Below, piece after piece: positions 38,701-51,256 of a stretch of DNA of 64,000 nt; the first letter of the stretch is position 1, and every line of letters begins with the position of its first letter. Location: assembly GCF_036321535.1 (NCBI RefSeq), contig NC_087447.1, positions 42,844,001 to 42,908,000 of the forward strand, given 5' to 3'. The translations under genes were made by a program, and so were the position numbers. Under the pieces are notes generated by a model, which made no database searches, had not been told where the DNA came from, and saw nothing but the letters and a program-made list of their open reading frames with translations. The DNA comes from Camelus dromedarius. Lineage: Eukaryota.

Positions 38701-39986
38701 GCCCTGGGAGTAGCACTGGTACCTCAGATCAGTACCTGTTACTGGGAGAGCAATTCCCCTGGTAATGGGAAGGAGACATGCTGTGTTTTGGGGGATGTGC
38801 TTGCTGCTGCCAACACTACTTGGAAGGCTATAGCTAGGGAGGGATTTCAAGGTAAATGTGATTGACGGACAGGATTTTTGAGGGACCTCTTGTCTGCTAG
38901 AACTCCATCATTCAAGGGAGATTAGTCTTGGTTGACTGCTGTGGAGACTGGGGAACAGAAAAGACCCTTAGAGCATATCTCTAACCCCTCATTGCATAAA
39001 TGGGACAACAGGATTCCAGAAAGGTCTAGAATCTTGCTGACTGTCACATAATTAGTCACTTACAGAGCCAGAAAAAAAAAAATCCAGCTGCCTTGCCTGC
39101 CAATCTAGGGCTTGAGGGACAGTAGGATCGCAGACCTAGAGCAGAGTGCTGCCCTTGGTTCCCTCACTGTCTCTCTGTCTAGGCCCAGTTGAAAATGGGG
39201 ACAGTGGCTTTGCATGGAATATGTCAGTGCATCAGTCCTTGGATTGACTTGAGATATGAAGTAAAAAAAGATAGAAGTGCCACTCTATCAGATGAAATGA
39301 GCCCAGGTTCATCCTACCTGTACCTTCTGCAGTCTGCTGTGGGTACTCTCTTGGCACAGAGAGCTTATTTCACAGTCGTGTGGTTCCTAGGAGCATAGCT
39401 CTGAAGACTGTGGACCATCCATCTCCAGCCTCAACCTGTTACCTGGCTTTCTGGCTCTTATGCCCAGATTCTGACTCTTAGCTCAGATCTGCTGCCTGGC
39501 CCTGCCCCACAGTCTCTGGATCCCCCTGCCTGACCTCACTTCACCTATTGCATTTGTGGATTTTGTTCCCAAATCCTCTAGCTTCAATCCTGATCACTCT
39601 CCTCTACCCCTGGGCCTGTATTTCTAGCTACCTAAAGGACTCCTAGTTACTTGCAGCTCAGAACAGAAGCTTAGCATGGCCTCTAAGGCTCTTCCTAATC
39701 TTTAGAGCCTTATCTGTCATTCCTCTACATGAGCTAGTTTTATCAATCTTTTCCTGAGGGACCTCACATTTTGACATCTGTAATCTTCTGTTTATGATTT
39801 TGCCCCCTTCTGAAATGCCCTTTCCTTGTTAGTAACATCCTACCCCAAACTGAAGGTCCAGCTCAAATGTGACCCAGTTAGCAGATCTAGAGCACACAGG
39901 GATGGGGGTTGACTTGGGAAGAAGCAGGATTCCCATAATTGAACCCCAAAGGGTGAGCCTAGAACAAAGTAGCTGTTGCTTTAGGT

Positions 39987-40187
39987 CAGGGGTCAGCAAA
40001 CCTTTTCTGTAAAGAGCTAGATAGTAAATATTTTCAGCTCTACAGGTCATACAGGCTGTTACAACTACTCAACTCTGCCACTGCAGCGCAAAAGCAGTCA
40101 TAGACAATATGAAAATGAATGGACATGACTGTGTTCTGATAAACCTTTATTTACGAAACCAGGCATGCTGTAGTTTTCTGACCCCTG
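39987..40187. mobile_element. MER58-like hAT-Charlie MITE
   Basis: TIRs caggggtcagcaaac / gttttctgacccctg; 8-bp TSD-like ctttaggt/ttttaggc. Confidence 0.85.
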
Positions 40188-41479
40188 TTTTAGGCTCTGC
40201 CTGGGGTGGATTTGAACCTGTGGGTGACATCAAGTAGGAATAGCTACATAGGAGCCAGGCAGGGCCAGAAAAATCTGGAAGGGAATCACAGGTATAGAAT
40301 AGTGTTAGGATGAGGCACAGGGAGGAGAGGGCAGGAAGAATAGAAGGGAGTTAATTTTGGCTGGAATATAAGATTGCTTAAAAGAGAGAAGTAGGAACTC
40401 TGTTTGGAAAGGAAATTTGGCCCTTAATTTCCTTTCCAGACAGAACTGTCTTCACCACTTGAGGCTATTCAGAAGATAATGGGGAGCCATTGAAGGTTTT
40501 AGGTCAGTGGAAAATAGTCAAATCTGTATTTTTGAAAAGTCTTTCTTATTTACTGAGAAGAATGATTGGAGGAGACAAGACTGGATGCAGGAGACCTGCC
40601 AGGCCACTGTAGTTGTCCAGGCCATTGGTTCCAGATTACTAGTCCTTGAACCAGTGGCTGGTCTGTATGCCTGAGAAGTATTGGGGAAACTTGCTAAAAA
40701 TACAGATTCCTAGTCCCGTACCCACACCCAAGAGATCTGGATTTGGCATTTCTAACAAACCCTCCAGATTTGGAAATCATTGGTCCAGCAAGCCAGAGTG
40801 AGGCCTGATTTTAAGAGGCTATGGATGCCAGAGAGAGTAGGCTATAGGTAAGATAGAATTTGGCAACTGCCCTCTTAATTCTCCTATTACCTGTCTCTGT
40901 TCATGGCAGCCCGTCCATGTGACCCCTTTTCCTTCGCACCCCATCACTCCCCTCAGTATCCTGTTTTGTTCATGTCCTGTTGGTTCTCTTTGAGACAACT
41001 CTTCTGTCCCTTTCTTTCCGTTTCTACCCTCATTTGGGAGCCCATTAATGCTCAACTGGACAAACCTCCTCCTCACCCCCACCTCCCATTTCCAGTCCAT
41101 CAAGATAGACATAAAGCCCAGCTCTGTCAGTCTTCAGAACCTTTTTGGGCAGCCTTTGCTTTGGGGATAAAGGTCAAGCTCCTTAGCTTAGCATCCAGGG
41201 CTCTTCGGGGGCTTATTTTCCTGCCAGCCTTTCCAAGCTCATTCCCTGTCACTCTTCCACTGTGCGCCTGAAATTTTCCTGCCCTTTGGGCTTTTGCAGT
41301 TATACTGGCCTTGCTGTCTTGCCCCTTCCTAATATCTTTCTTTTAACTTGACCCTGTTTTTCCTTCCCCTTTCTCTCCCTGCTTCTGTGTGACTGTGTCT
41401 CCCTGGGGGGAGGGGTAGAGTTAGCTGCCGAGGACACCTCTCAGGACCTTTGTGCATTATGAGTGTGTCTTCCCCATCT

Positions 41480-41581
41480 GAAGTCCTAATCCTCTGCTGT
41501 GACGGACAATTGGTCACTATGGCAACTGACTGTGACGTCACAGAATAAGGACTTCAGGTGAAGTGGCAGGAGCAGGTGAGT
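41480..41581 (+). promoter_or_regulatory. Candidate internal TRIM66 promoter and short first exon
   Basis: RFX X-box GTCACTATGGCAAC 41513-41526, palindromic CRE CTGTGACGTCACAG 41530-41543, TAATCC 41487-41492, consensus donor CAG|GTGAGT after 41575. Confidence 0.6.
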
Positions 41582-43711
41582 GTGTAGAGACAGATTTTAA
41601 TGTCTGTCGAAGCCCCCCACCCCCACCCTCCTTCAGTGCTGGGGGCACGGAGGGCTATCTCGGGCTCCTGCTGATTTTTATAATGCTGCGGGGAGAGTGT
41701 GTGCCTGGCATCTGCGTGCTGCAGTAGTATGGGGCTGACAGAGTGTGTCAACTTGAGCTCTGGCTGTGCAGGCACCGCTGCTGCGTGAGCCTGTTATTCC
41801 GTTCTGGATTGCTATTTTGATACCCAGATTGCATCATTCTTCCTACGTATAAACAGGGGGTCCCCAGGGCTCTGCAGCTACTCACTTCTCCACCAACACT
41901 GTTGTTGTGATGAGCTCTATTTAAATGAGCTGCCGGATCGGGGCAGGTTCCAGCCACACATGAGCACTGTCATTTTGGGGAACATGGAGGGCTGCAGGAT
42001 TTTTGGATCGAGTCCTAAAAGGCTGAGAGTGATGGCCTCCTGAGCTATGCAGAGGGCGACAGAGCTAGTTCCTGAAAGTTGAAAATCTCGTTTTCTTCCT
42101 TCTGAGCTTCTATTCCAAGGCACCCAGAGGATTAGGAGGGAGATGCAGCTAGGAAGAGAGTCGCCTCTTTGAGGTCTCCCTCTTGCTGTTCAGTTTGGGA
42201 AAATTACTGCAGAGCCTTCGAGATAAACAGGAACAGGAGGAGTCAACCAAGCCCTTTCTTGCAGAAGCGTCTCAGGTGAGCTGGAGAGATGCAGCCGTGG
42301 CTGAGAATGCATCAGGGAAAGGAGGAGAGGGTCCAGGCTGCTCCCTCTTCCCCACCCAGTACCCAGCTCCCCGAGGCTTAGGCCCTGGAGCCCAGCTGGC
42401 TGCAGCATGCAGGGTGGGTGTTCCTGGGCACTTGGTAAGCACTGTCCTCTGGGACCTGTGGTGGTCTCACCTGTCGCTCTTCTGACTTCTCCCCTAGGTG
42501 TTGCTCTAATCACAGGGCAGCAGGTGCCACAGGTAAGCCTGCTGGCAACCAGGGGCAGAAACAGAATCACCTTAGGATCAAAGTCTGTCTTTCTAGCAGG
42601 GACTGGACATCTGGGGAGTGGGTGCAACATGTTTCTCAAAGGTGGTGCTGCTCTGAGCTATGGGCTAGAGGAAGGCTGAAGTGGCTTATGTGGTGGGGGC
42701 CTTAGCTGATGCCTGGTATTCTGGGGCTGCCTTGGGTGGGAGGGCAGGAATGGTTAGTGAGGATGGTCAGCCTGCCAGAGAATATAACTGGAGTGTTTTT
42801 AAGCCTTGCATAATATCTGATAGAGGGATTTGGAGGTAGAATGTCTTTCTTGTGGCTACAGAGGTAATCAGGGACTGCTCAGTGGTTCAAGGTATCACCT
42901 ATGATCTACAGGGATCTGTGGTTTTTAGCTATGTCCCTCCCTCTCTTTGGGCCTCCATTTCACCATCTTTATGGTGAAGGAATTGGGTAGATGAACAGTG
43001 AGAAAAGCTAGGTCTCTCCAGCTTTGGTTCTACAGGTGAGAGCTGGCAGTGGAGCATCAGGCTTCTCTAGAGGATGCCACTGCTCTGTTGGAGTTTGAGT
43101 TTGGGCTCTAGCTGCAAAGTTTCCTGGAGCCCTGGACAAGAGCTCTAGAATGAAGGGTTTTTTAACCCTCAGGGGGTTGCTTAGCACTGAGTTCAAGCCT
43201 ATGCTCCTGGGATATGTGTCCCTACCTGATGGGCTGAAACCTCCTTGGGATTTATCTTCCACCCCAGCCCTATGCCCAGGTTGCCTTGGTGTTGCTGTTT
43301 GTGTCTAAGTGTGGACTGCCCAGTCTTGGCCCCCCTCCCTTGCTACCTCACCAAGTCCTGGGCTCAGCATACACTCTCGGCCCCAGCAACTGTCGTTGCA
43401 GTGCCAAACCTCTGGCTGCACCCTAGGCCTGCTCATGGTCCTTCAGTGGAGCTGGCAGGTAGGAGAGGCAAAATATGTTCTCCAATTCTCCACCAACCCC
43501 CAGGATACCTAGGTGTCAGGATGGCCTTCTGTCTGCTGGGTATCTGCCCTTTCCTCTACCAGAGAGGAAAAATGTAACGGCTGTATTCAGAGTCTATCTT
43601 AACTTCTCAGAACCTGTTTAAAACTAGGTGAGTCTGCCTTTCTCAGCTGCATGATTCAAGGGACAGATCTATCAGACTCAGCCACAGGGAGAAAGGATGC
43701 TGTCTCTATGG

Positions 43712-43886
43712 CACTGGTCCTCAAACTTGGTTGTACACTGTAATCACCTGGGGAATTTTTAAAAATATTGATGCCTGGCTCCCCACCTCCTGAAACTGAT
43801 TGAATTCATCTGGGATGTCGACTGGACATTAGGATGTTTAGAAGTTCCTCATATGATTTAAATATGTGACAGTTTGAGAACCACCA
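43712..43886. mobile_element. MER5-like hAT MITE (another decayed copy at ~40652-40783)
   Basis: cactggtcctcaaactt...aatcacctgggg...agtttgagaaccac. Confidence 0.75.
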
Positions 43887-46409
43887 ATCTGTAGAATGAA
43901 AACTGCTTCTAGATTTATTTTTTCCAGGCAGAAAAATTCTGCTTCATTGCCTTTTCTCAAAGATCGTATTTCTTAAAACTTTAAGCATGGCTGGGGCTGG
44001 CTCCCAGCTCCTTCTGGATTCTGAGTTCAACGCTGGGTCCGTTATGATTATTATTATGGAATATTTTACTTATTATCAAATCATTTAGTTAATTAAAATA
44101 AAATGCCCTTGTTTACTCACACTTGAACTAGAGAGGAGTATAGCATAGTGGACCCAGCTGGATTTGAGAGGTGGACATACTTGGGTCCCAATTGTAGTTC
44201 TGTTCCTGCTTCTTATAGTCTTTGACAGGTGACAACTTCTTGGAGCCTCAGTCTGTCCAACTATGAAATAGGGACAATGCCTACCTCTCAGGTGGTTTGA
44301 CAATTAAATGAGATTCCACATGTAAGGGCCTGATGCAGGGAGTGGTGGTAAAAGAATAATCTGTCCCATACCTCTCAGGGACCAGAAGTGCTCACTCTTG
44401 TGACTGATGGACTGAACATCCTCAGCTTTCAGAGCCACTTTCCCAGGCCCCTAGGTTTCCAAGGAGGACCTCTGGCACCTGTAACTTCTTCATTCTGGAA
44501 GCAGAAGTCCACCTCCTTTGGGGATGGTTGTGTGGCGTTTGAGCCCTCGTCTGACATTTCTCAGAATTGATGTTCCTGTATATGAAATAAAGCTCAATGC
44601 TGTTACTTGAATAATTCAAATAGGAAGAGAAAAAGCAACCTATCTAAACAATACTTTATGTAATATGTGATTTAAATATGTATTAATAACTAAATTAATG
44701 TTAAATATTGGTGGTCGATGTTTGGTTGTTTTAAATATATCCACAGCCCTAAGAGTTCATGTATTGCTGTTGTCTAAAAAAACTTTGTTTTGGTATCCTC
44801 ATTGAAAAATGGGGAATCCTCTTTAAAAAACAAAAAGCTCAAGGTTGACGCAGCTTGATGGGGATTAGGGACCTTTTGAGAGAAGATAAGAATTTCTGGG
44901 CAAAAAGTTGTGACACAAAGAGAACACAGTCCTCTGTGTCCACTCCAGGGCCCACAGCCACCTTGGGACCTGTGTGTACTGCTGCCATAGTTCTTCATCT
45001 CTGCTGTCCGCTGCAGCAGCCCCCATTCAGACTGGATGAGCTTTTCAGTCCAAGCCTCCCCTTAGCCACAAGCCTGTCCCCTGATTTGTTGACAAGGGTG
45101 GTTGTCTGTCCCTCCCCATCTTGCCCAGAGGAATATTTCTGAAGCCTGGTTGCAGTAGGCAGAGGAAGAAGACTGGATAATCCATACTTCCCTACTGTTC
45201 GCATTCCTTCATTTTAAGGATGCAGAAAATATGGTTCAGAGGAAAGGAGTCACTTACCTGAGGTTGCACAGTAAGTGACAGTGTGGGCCTGGAACCCACA
45301 TCTCCCAATTCACAGCCTTCCCCAAGCATCACACCTCTGCTCTGGATCAGACCTGATTCCTTTATTTTCCTGGGCTAGCTTTTTGCCACCATCCTGAAAA
45401 CTTCCAAATGGCTTTTTTACTACTTTCAGTGGCCATGAGTGCAAGGAATACACATGGAATACCCAACCCCCAAAGAAACATAATTGTCCATTCTGCTAAA
45501 AATCATGCAACATCCTTTATATCAATTGTGGTTTATCTTTGTATGTAGACATATGAACAGATAGTTAAAATGCAATGTGATATCTGTTATACTAGAAGGA
45601 TGTTCAGGGTGCTGTGGGAACCCAGAAGAGGGAATAATTAACTCATCCTAAGGGAAATCAACTGTGCTTCTCAAAAGTAGAACATTTGAATAGGCTTGAA
45701 AGGATGAATGGGAGTTTATCTGAAAAGGGGTAGTGAAGCAAGAAAGAGTATTTTAGGGAGAGGGAACAGCACTTTCACAGACACAGGATAATGCAAAGGT
45801 TTGGTGCATTCAAGGGCTAGCAGAGCCATTTGACATGGCAAGGATATAGGATGTGTGGCAGGTGATGCTAGAGATGAGACTAGAGAGAGGTAAGGTCCAC
45901 TTGGAAAGTGCCTTGAGTGACAAGCTGAGGATTTTGGCTTTTAAGGCTGGGGAGGGGGAAGGGGTAAAGAATGTGTGATGAGGCCTTGGCTGATCTATTC
46001 AGTTATTTCTCTTTTTTTCATAATGCTAATGAGACTGCGTTACTATGAGTAATGTTTGGGCATCTGGTACCAGGGAGTTGGAAGCCTCGTGAAAATTATT
46101 TTCAACCATTTTAGAGCAGCATTTCTGACCTAAGGGGTAGGTGAGGAGGGTCTCTCCTGGGCAGCCAAGTGGAAGGGAGGGACAGTAACATGATGTCCCT
46201 AAGTGATGCCACCTGTGAACAGCATCCTTCTCCACCTCTGGCCACTGTTCTTGACAGGCAGGAGAGTATCTGGGAGATTGCAGATCTAGTCTGTCATTAA
46301 AGTCCATGCTCTGTGAAGGATAGAGGAGGATTTTGGGGGAAGGTTGATAGATTAGGGGAAGAAGAGTATTAAACTATTAATTTGCATGATTTTGGAGATT
46401 TTGATTTTT

Positions 46410-47105
46410 CCAGTTAGTTTTTGCTGCATAAAAAGCTGCTCCAAAACTTAGTGGTTAAAACATCAGCCAAACTTTATGATTCTAAGGTTGACAGTTTGTG
46501 CTGGGATTCTCTGGGTGGTTCTTCCAAGCTGGGCTGGGCTTGGCTAATCTCTGCTGTGCTCACCCATGTCGGTGTTTAGCTGGTGGCCCAGTTGGGGCTG
46601 CCTGCTTTGTGATGGCTTTCAGGTGGGACACCTGAGACAACTGAGCCTCTCTCCACATGGTTTCTCACCTTCCAGCAATCTACCTGGGCTTGTTCACATG
46701 GCAGTCTTAGCATTCTGAGAGTGAGAGCAGTCATATACAGCCACTTGAGGTCTAGGCTTAAAACTTGTTCAGTGTCATTTTTGCCGGATTCTGTTGGCCA
46801 AAGCAGGTCATGAGGTCAGTCTAGCTTCAAAGAGCAGAGAATAGACTCGGTTTTTATTTTTATTTTATTTATTTTTAAAAATTATCTTATTTTTTGTTGT
46901 GTGTGTGTGTGTGTGTGTTAGAGGTAATTAGGTTTATTTATTTTTAGAGGAGATACTGGGTATTGAACCCAGGTGTTTATGCACGCTAAGCATATTCTGT
47001 ACCACTTGAGCTGTACCCTCTCCCTGTACCCGTTTTAATGGTTAGGATTGCAAGGACATGGATGCAGGGAGGAGAAGAATTTGTGGCCACCTTTTCAGTC
47101 TCTCA
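46410..47105 (-). mobile_element. Old MaLR (MLT1-type) LTR interrupted by a SINE
   Basis: ccaaaacttagtggttaaaac...ctgttggccaaagcaggtcatgagg...gagaatagactc. Confidence 0.65.
46851..47024 (-). mobile_element. tRNA-derived SINE, Vic-1-like (camelid)
   Basis: Reverse strand gggagagggtacagctcaagtggtacag (A box)...ctgggttcaatacccag (B box)...aaataaataaacctaattacc, (CA)n and A-rich tail. Confidence 0.85.
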
Positions 47106-48336
47106 GACCATCTGACTTTCTTCACCTGGGAGAGTTGATAATTGAGGTTATTGTCTTAACCATGAATTTTGAATTCAAAGTCAACATTCACAGAGGATCA
47201 TGTGAATTCTCAAGTGTTGTTTAATTTAATCCTCATAGCAACTCTTATTTTCCCTTTCTATTTAACATATGAAGAAACTGGGGCACGGAGGAGTTAAGTG
47301 AGATTAAGTGACTTGCCCAACCATGGTCGCTGGGTGGTAAACCTGGTATTTGGACTTAAGTTTGTCTGACTTCAGGTGTAGAGGAATTGTATCATTCTGG
47401 TAAGATGAGGCAGAGAAGACTGTGGTGGTATTGCTGCATTCACTGCCATAGCCAGCCCCTTTCCAGGTTGTCCTCATCCCTGGGCACTAGCGCCAAGCTC
47501 TCCTCAGGAGGCTCATTTTCTTGTATCCAGCAGGCCGAGCGCTCTTGCGGTGGGTCTGAGGTACTGTAGTCCCTAGGGTGGCGGTCTCACACCACATGTA
47601 TAGTTCAGGAGCCCACCATGCTGGTGAATGTGCTAGAGAATGTTGCATCTCTCTGAGGAGGGAAGGTTCCTGTTCATAAGTAAAACATGTATACATGTGG
47701 TGCATTCAGCGTGGGCTAGGTGGAGAAGGTACAGCAAAAGCTCTCTGAGCTCCAGGGGTAGACCAACTGGTTGTGGTTGTAACAAGGGAAAAATACCTCC
47801 TAGATGAGCAGGCAGGGAGACCTTGCCTTTCTCTTGCTAGAACCTTCTGGAAGCTCTAGCTTTGAGATCTTTAAAGTAATTCTGCTATAGTAATTACTTA
47901 GAGTAAAATTTACAGTAACATAAATGGCTAGAGCTGTGCCCTGGGTTAAACTGACCCTGTCGAATTTAGCCAGTAATGGGAACTGGGCCCTCAGGGCTAT
48001 AGAATGAAGAGTGGGAGGAGTGGGAAGGCACCTGATTGTCGGGACTGGAGCAGGATTGGGCCTGAAGTAGCATGGCTTGTAGGGAGGAGACGAATATAGC
48101 ATCAGGCAAAAATGGGGATGTGGGGAAGGTCTGTAAGGCAGGTCCCTAGTAGGATGGTCACGTCCAGAGTACCTAGATGGTAAGTGCAGGCTATGGCATC
48201 AGACATTTCATTTTGGCACAAGTGGCATTGGCACATGCCTTGGTGTTGTGTATTAGAAAGCCTTGGGTCTAGGCCTCATGTTACGTATAATCTGCCATGT
48301 TGCCCTGACTGTGCTGTCTTTTCCTCCTCCTCCCAG

Positions 48337-48440
48337 AGCTCATCTCCTATCCTGGGTGTAAGCAAGTGTACCTTACCAAGGATGTAACTGAACGTTTTTT
48401 TCGGCAGTACTTTTCTACTGGACAGTCCACGATGGCCAGG
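48337..48440 (+). CDS. TRIM66: TRIM66 exon: end of RING relic plus ATG of the short isoform (48432)
   Basis: cccag|...|gtaagt; 104 nt, (E)LISYPGCKQVYLTKDVTERFFRQYFSTGQSTMAR. Confidence 0.9.
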
Positions 48441-49637
48441 GTAAGTAAGTACAAGCAAAGAAGCTCTTACTGAAAACTCTGAGTACTGAGCTTTTACCCT
48501 CATTCCTGCCTAGTCAAAACTCATGCACCAGCCTGGATTAAAGGGGTTCATCAGTTTTGCCTGTCTTTAACATCTAAGACCTTTTTCCTTGAGTTTCTGA
48601 AGTTTCACATCATTTACTGATTGGTATCCCTTCTGTTCCTTCCTCCACTAGGGTCCCCCGTTGCCACTACATTTTATTCATTTGTCATTTTACTTACTTG
48701 CTCCTGTATTTAGTTCTTATTGAATGTCTTACATATGCCAGGGCCTGTGCTGGTGTTAGGGAGACAGAGATCCATGTCTTTACCCTCAAGGAATTCATAG
48801 TTTAGTTAGTTAAACTTGTATTTCTCTTCTTTTTTTTCCCCCTTGATATGAGTTTGTCAGATCCCAAGATGAAGACAAAGCCACCAGAATCCACATCAGT
48901 TTGGTGGCCTGGATTATTCAGGCACAGCAGGCTAATTTTCCCCAAATTTCCTCTTCTCCACCTTTTATATCCACCCTGCATGATTTTTGCTGACCAAATG
49001 AATGAACAGTTGAACTAGGAGAAGACCAGGGACTCTTGGTCCTGGCAAGTCCCAGTAGTCGGTCTGTGCTTGCTCTTCCCTGGCCGTGTGTGGTCCTCAT
49101 GGTGTACCTATACGGCTGCAGCTTCTTCCCCTCTGTGGACACGGTGAACTGTCTGCTCTTGCCTGTGCTCTTCCTTTTCTTCCCTGGCCTATCTGGGGAA
49201 CTTCTACTTGTCATTCAATATCCAACTCAAATGTCACCTCTTCTGGAACCTTTCCTGGCCACTCCTAGCCTGAACTCCTGGAAACCTTGCTTTGCTTACT
49301 TAGCACTTGGTGCATCCCTTTATCACATGTAGTATCACCCACTGAATGTCTGCTGTGTGTACCTTGTGAGCAGATCCCCACCTCACTCACCTGCGTATCC
49401 TCAGCTTCAGCACAGGACTTGTATGAATAGCCCCTGAGGCCACTACTCTTAGTCACAAAAGGTGCTTTCCTTCACACGCCCCCATGTGTCACTTCCAGGT
49501 GGCTCTCCAAAATTGACTGCACTCCAAAATAGTGGAGGAACAGCCCTACCAGACTCTGGTTCCTAGAGTATTTACCACTCATAAAGGCAGGCCCAAATGA
49601 AGATAGTATCAGTAATTCCAGAACTCTCTGCTTCCAG

Positions 49638-49785
49638 AACTGCTCCGAGTGCAAAGAGAAGAGGGCGGCACACATCCTCTGTACCTACTGCAACCGCTGG
49701 CTATGCAGCTCCTGCACGGAGGAGCACCGGCATGGCCCTGCCCCTGGCGGGCCGCTCTTTACCCGGACTCAGAAGGGATCTCCAG
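49638..49785 (+). CDS. TRIM66: TRIM66 exon, B-box 1
   Basis: tccag|...|gtatca; 148 nt, NCSECKEKRAAHILCTYCNRWLCSSCTEEHRH... Confidence 0.96.
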
Positions 49786-50694
49786 GTATCACTCTCCACC
49801 CTCTCCACCAGCTCACATGCCCTTAAGTACTGTCAAGCCTTAAACTCCTTGGAGACTAGCTCTCCAGCCTGCCTTGTCTCCCTGATGGGGATGAGGGTAG
49901 GGGTGGTCTCAGAGCCTTTCCTAAAGAAAAACTGTCTCCTCCAGAGTCACATCACAATGTAGGTTGACTTTAGGCTCTCCCTGTTGGGGGTGGGAGTGCG
50001 TGAGTGTGGGTGAGATGGTGCAGGGAGGAACAGTCTTGAATTACCGTGAAAGCTAATTGAGTTCCCTATCTGTCACCTACATTTAGAGCAATCAGGCCTC
50101 ACTTCTATTTAGTTACTTGATTAATTTAACAACCAGGATCAGAGCTTGTTCATTTGTCTATCTAGCACCATCTGTTTTAAATGACAGTCTTCTTAAAAAT
50201 CTTTTCTCAAAGCCCTTGAACTGTGGGAGGGATTTTACCTTTGTCAGACCCACAAGAATCAAAGTTCATGATCCATGTGTTCTGGCCTGGATCATGGCAA
50301 GGCTGGATAGCTGGTTTCAGCCCTACCATAACAGAATCCTGGTTAAGGAAGGGGTTTAGGTTGAGTTTTATTAGAGGATTCACTTTTCTGCACGAGATCC
50401 ATATGCAGCAGTAGCAAGCACCTTCCTCAGCCTCAGCAGGTGGTGGGGTGCCTGGGGCCTGATGGCTCTTTATTTCTGGACAGCTGGGCAAATCCAGCCA
50501 GCCTAAGCCCACATTCCTCCTTATGTTCCTGGAACCTCACTGGCCCAGTGGGAGGCCTCTCCTGTTTTGTACCACCTTCCCTCCAAACTCTGTGTCTTCC
50601 GTGTGTCTATAGATGGCTGAGGGCTGCTCAGCAGAGCTTAACTGAGAGGTCTTCCTGAGCAACAGAAGCTTACTTTCTCCATCTACTCTGGCAG

Positions 50695-50827
50695 GAGTGA
50701 ATGGTGGTTCCGGTGACTTCGCCTTGTACTGTCCTCTACACACACAGGAAGTACTCAAGCTATTCTGCGAGACCTGTGATGTGCTCACATGCCATAGCTG
50801 TCTCATGGTGGAGCACAAAGAACACAG
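50695..50827 (+). CDS. TRIM66: TRIM66 exon, B-box 2
   Basis: ggcag|...|gtgggg; 133 nt, [33 protein letters not shown]. Confidence 0.96.
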
Positions 50828-51139
50828 GTGGGGCTGGCTGGCTGCCAGAATGGGCTTGTGGGGCTCTAGACGCTACCTGTGAGAGTACTGGGCTCCTAGT
50901 GCATCAGAGTCCTCTCCCTATTCAAGCCAGCCTGCAGCCCCTGGGCTGAAGTTTTTCTCAGTTCCTGTTGTGGGGCTTCTCTGGAGAAGGCCTAATGGGA
51001 CAAGAGTCTCTGACTTTGCCTAGATGTAATCCCAGCCTCCACGGGCCTGGCTGAGACAGCACATGGTAGGGATTCTTGCTTGGCTAGCATGCTCAGAATA
51101 AGACCCAGTCCTAAGCTTTTTCTCTGCCTCCTCCTCTAG

Positions 51140-51256
51140 GTGCAGACATCTTGAAGAAGTTTTGCAAAACCAGAGGATGCTTCTGGAAAGTGTGACTACA
51201 CAGGTGGCACATAAGAAATCCAGCCTACAGACATCTGCAAAGCAAATTGAGGACAG
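51140..51256 (+). CDS. TRIM66: TRIM66 exon, coiled coil
   Basis: tctag|...|gtagca; 117 nt, CRHLEEVLQNQRMLLESVTTQVAHKKSSLQTSAKQIED. Confidence 0.95.
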
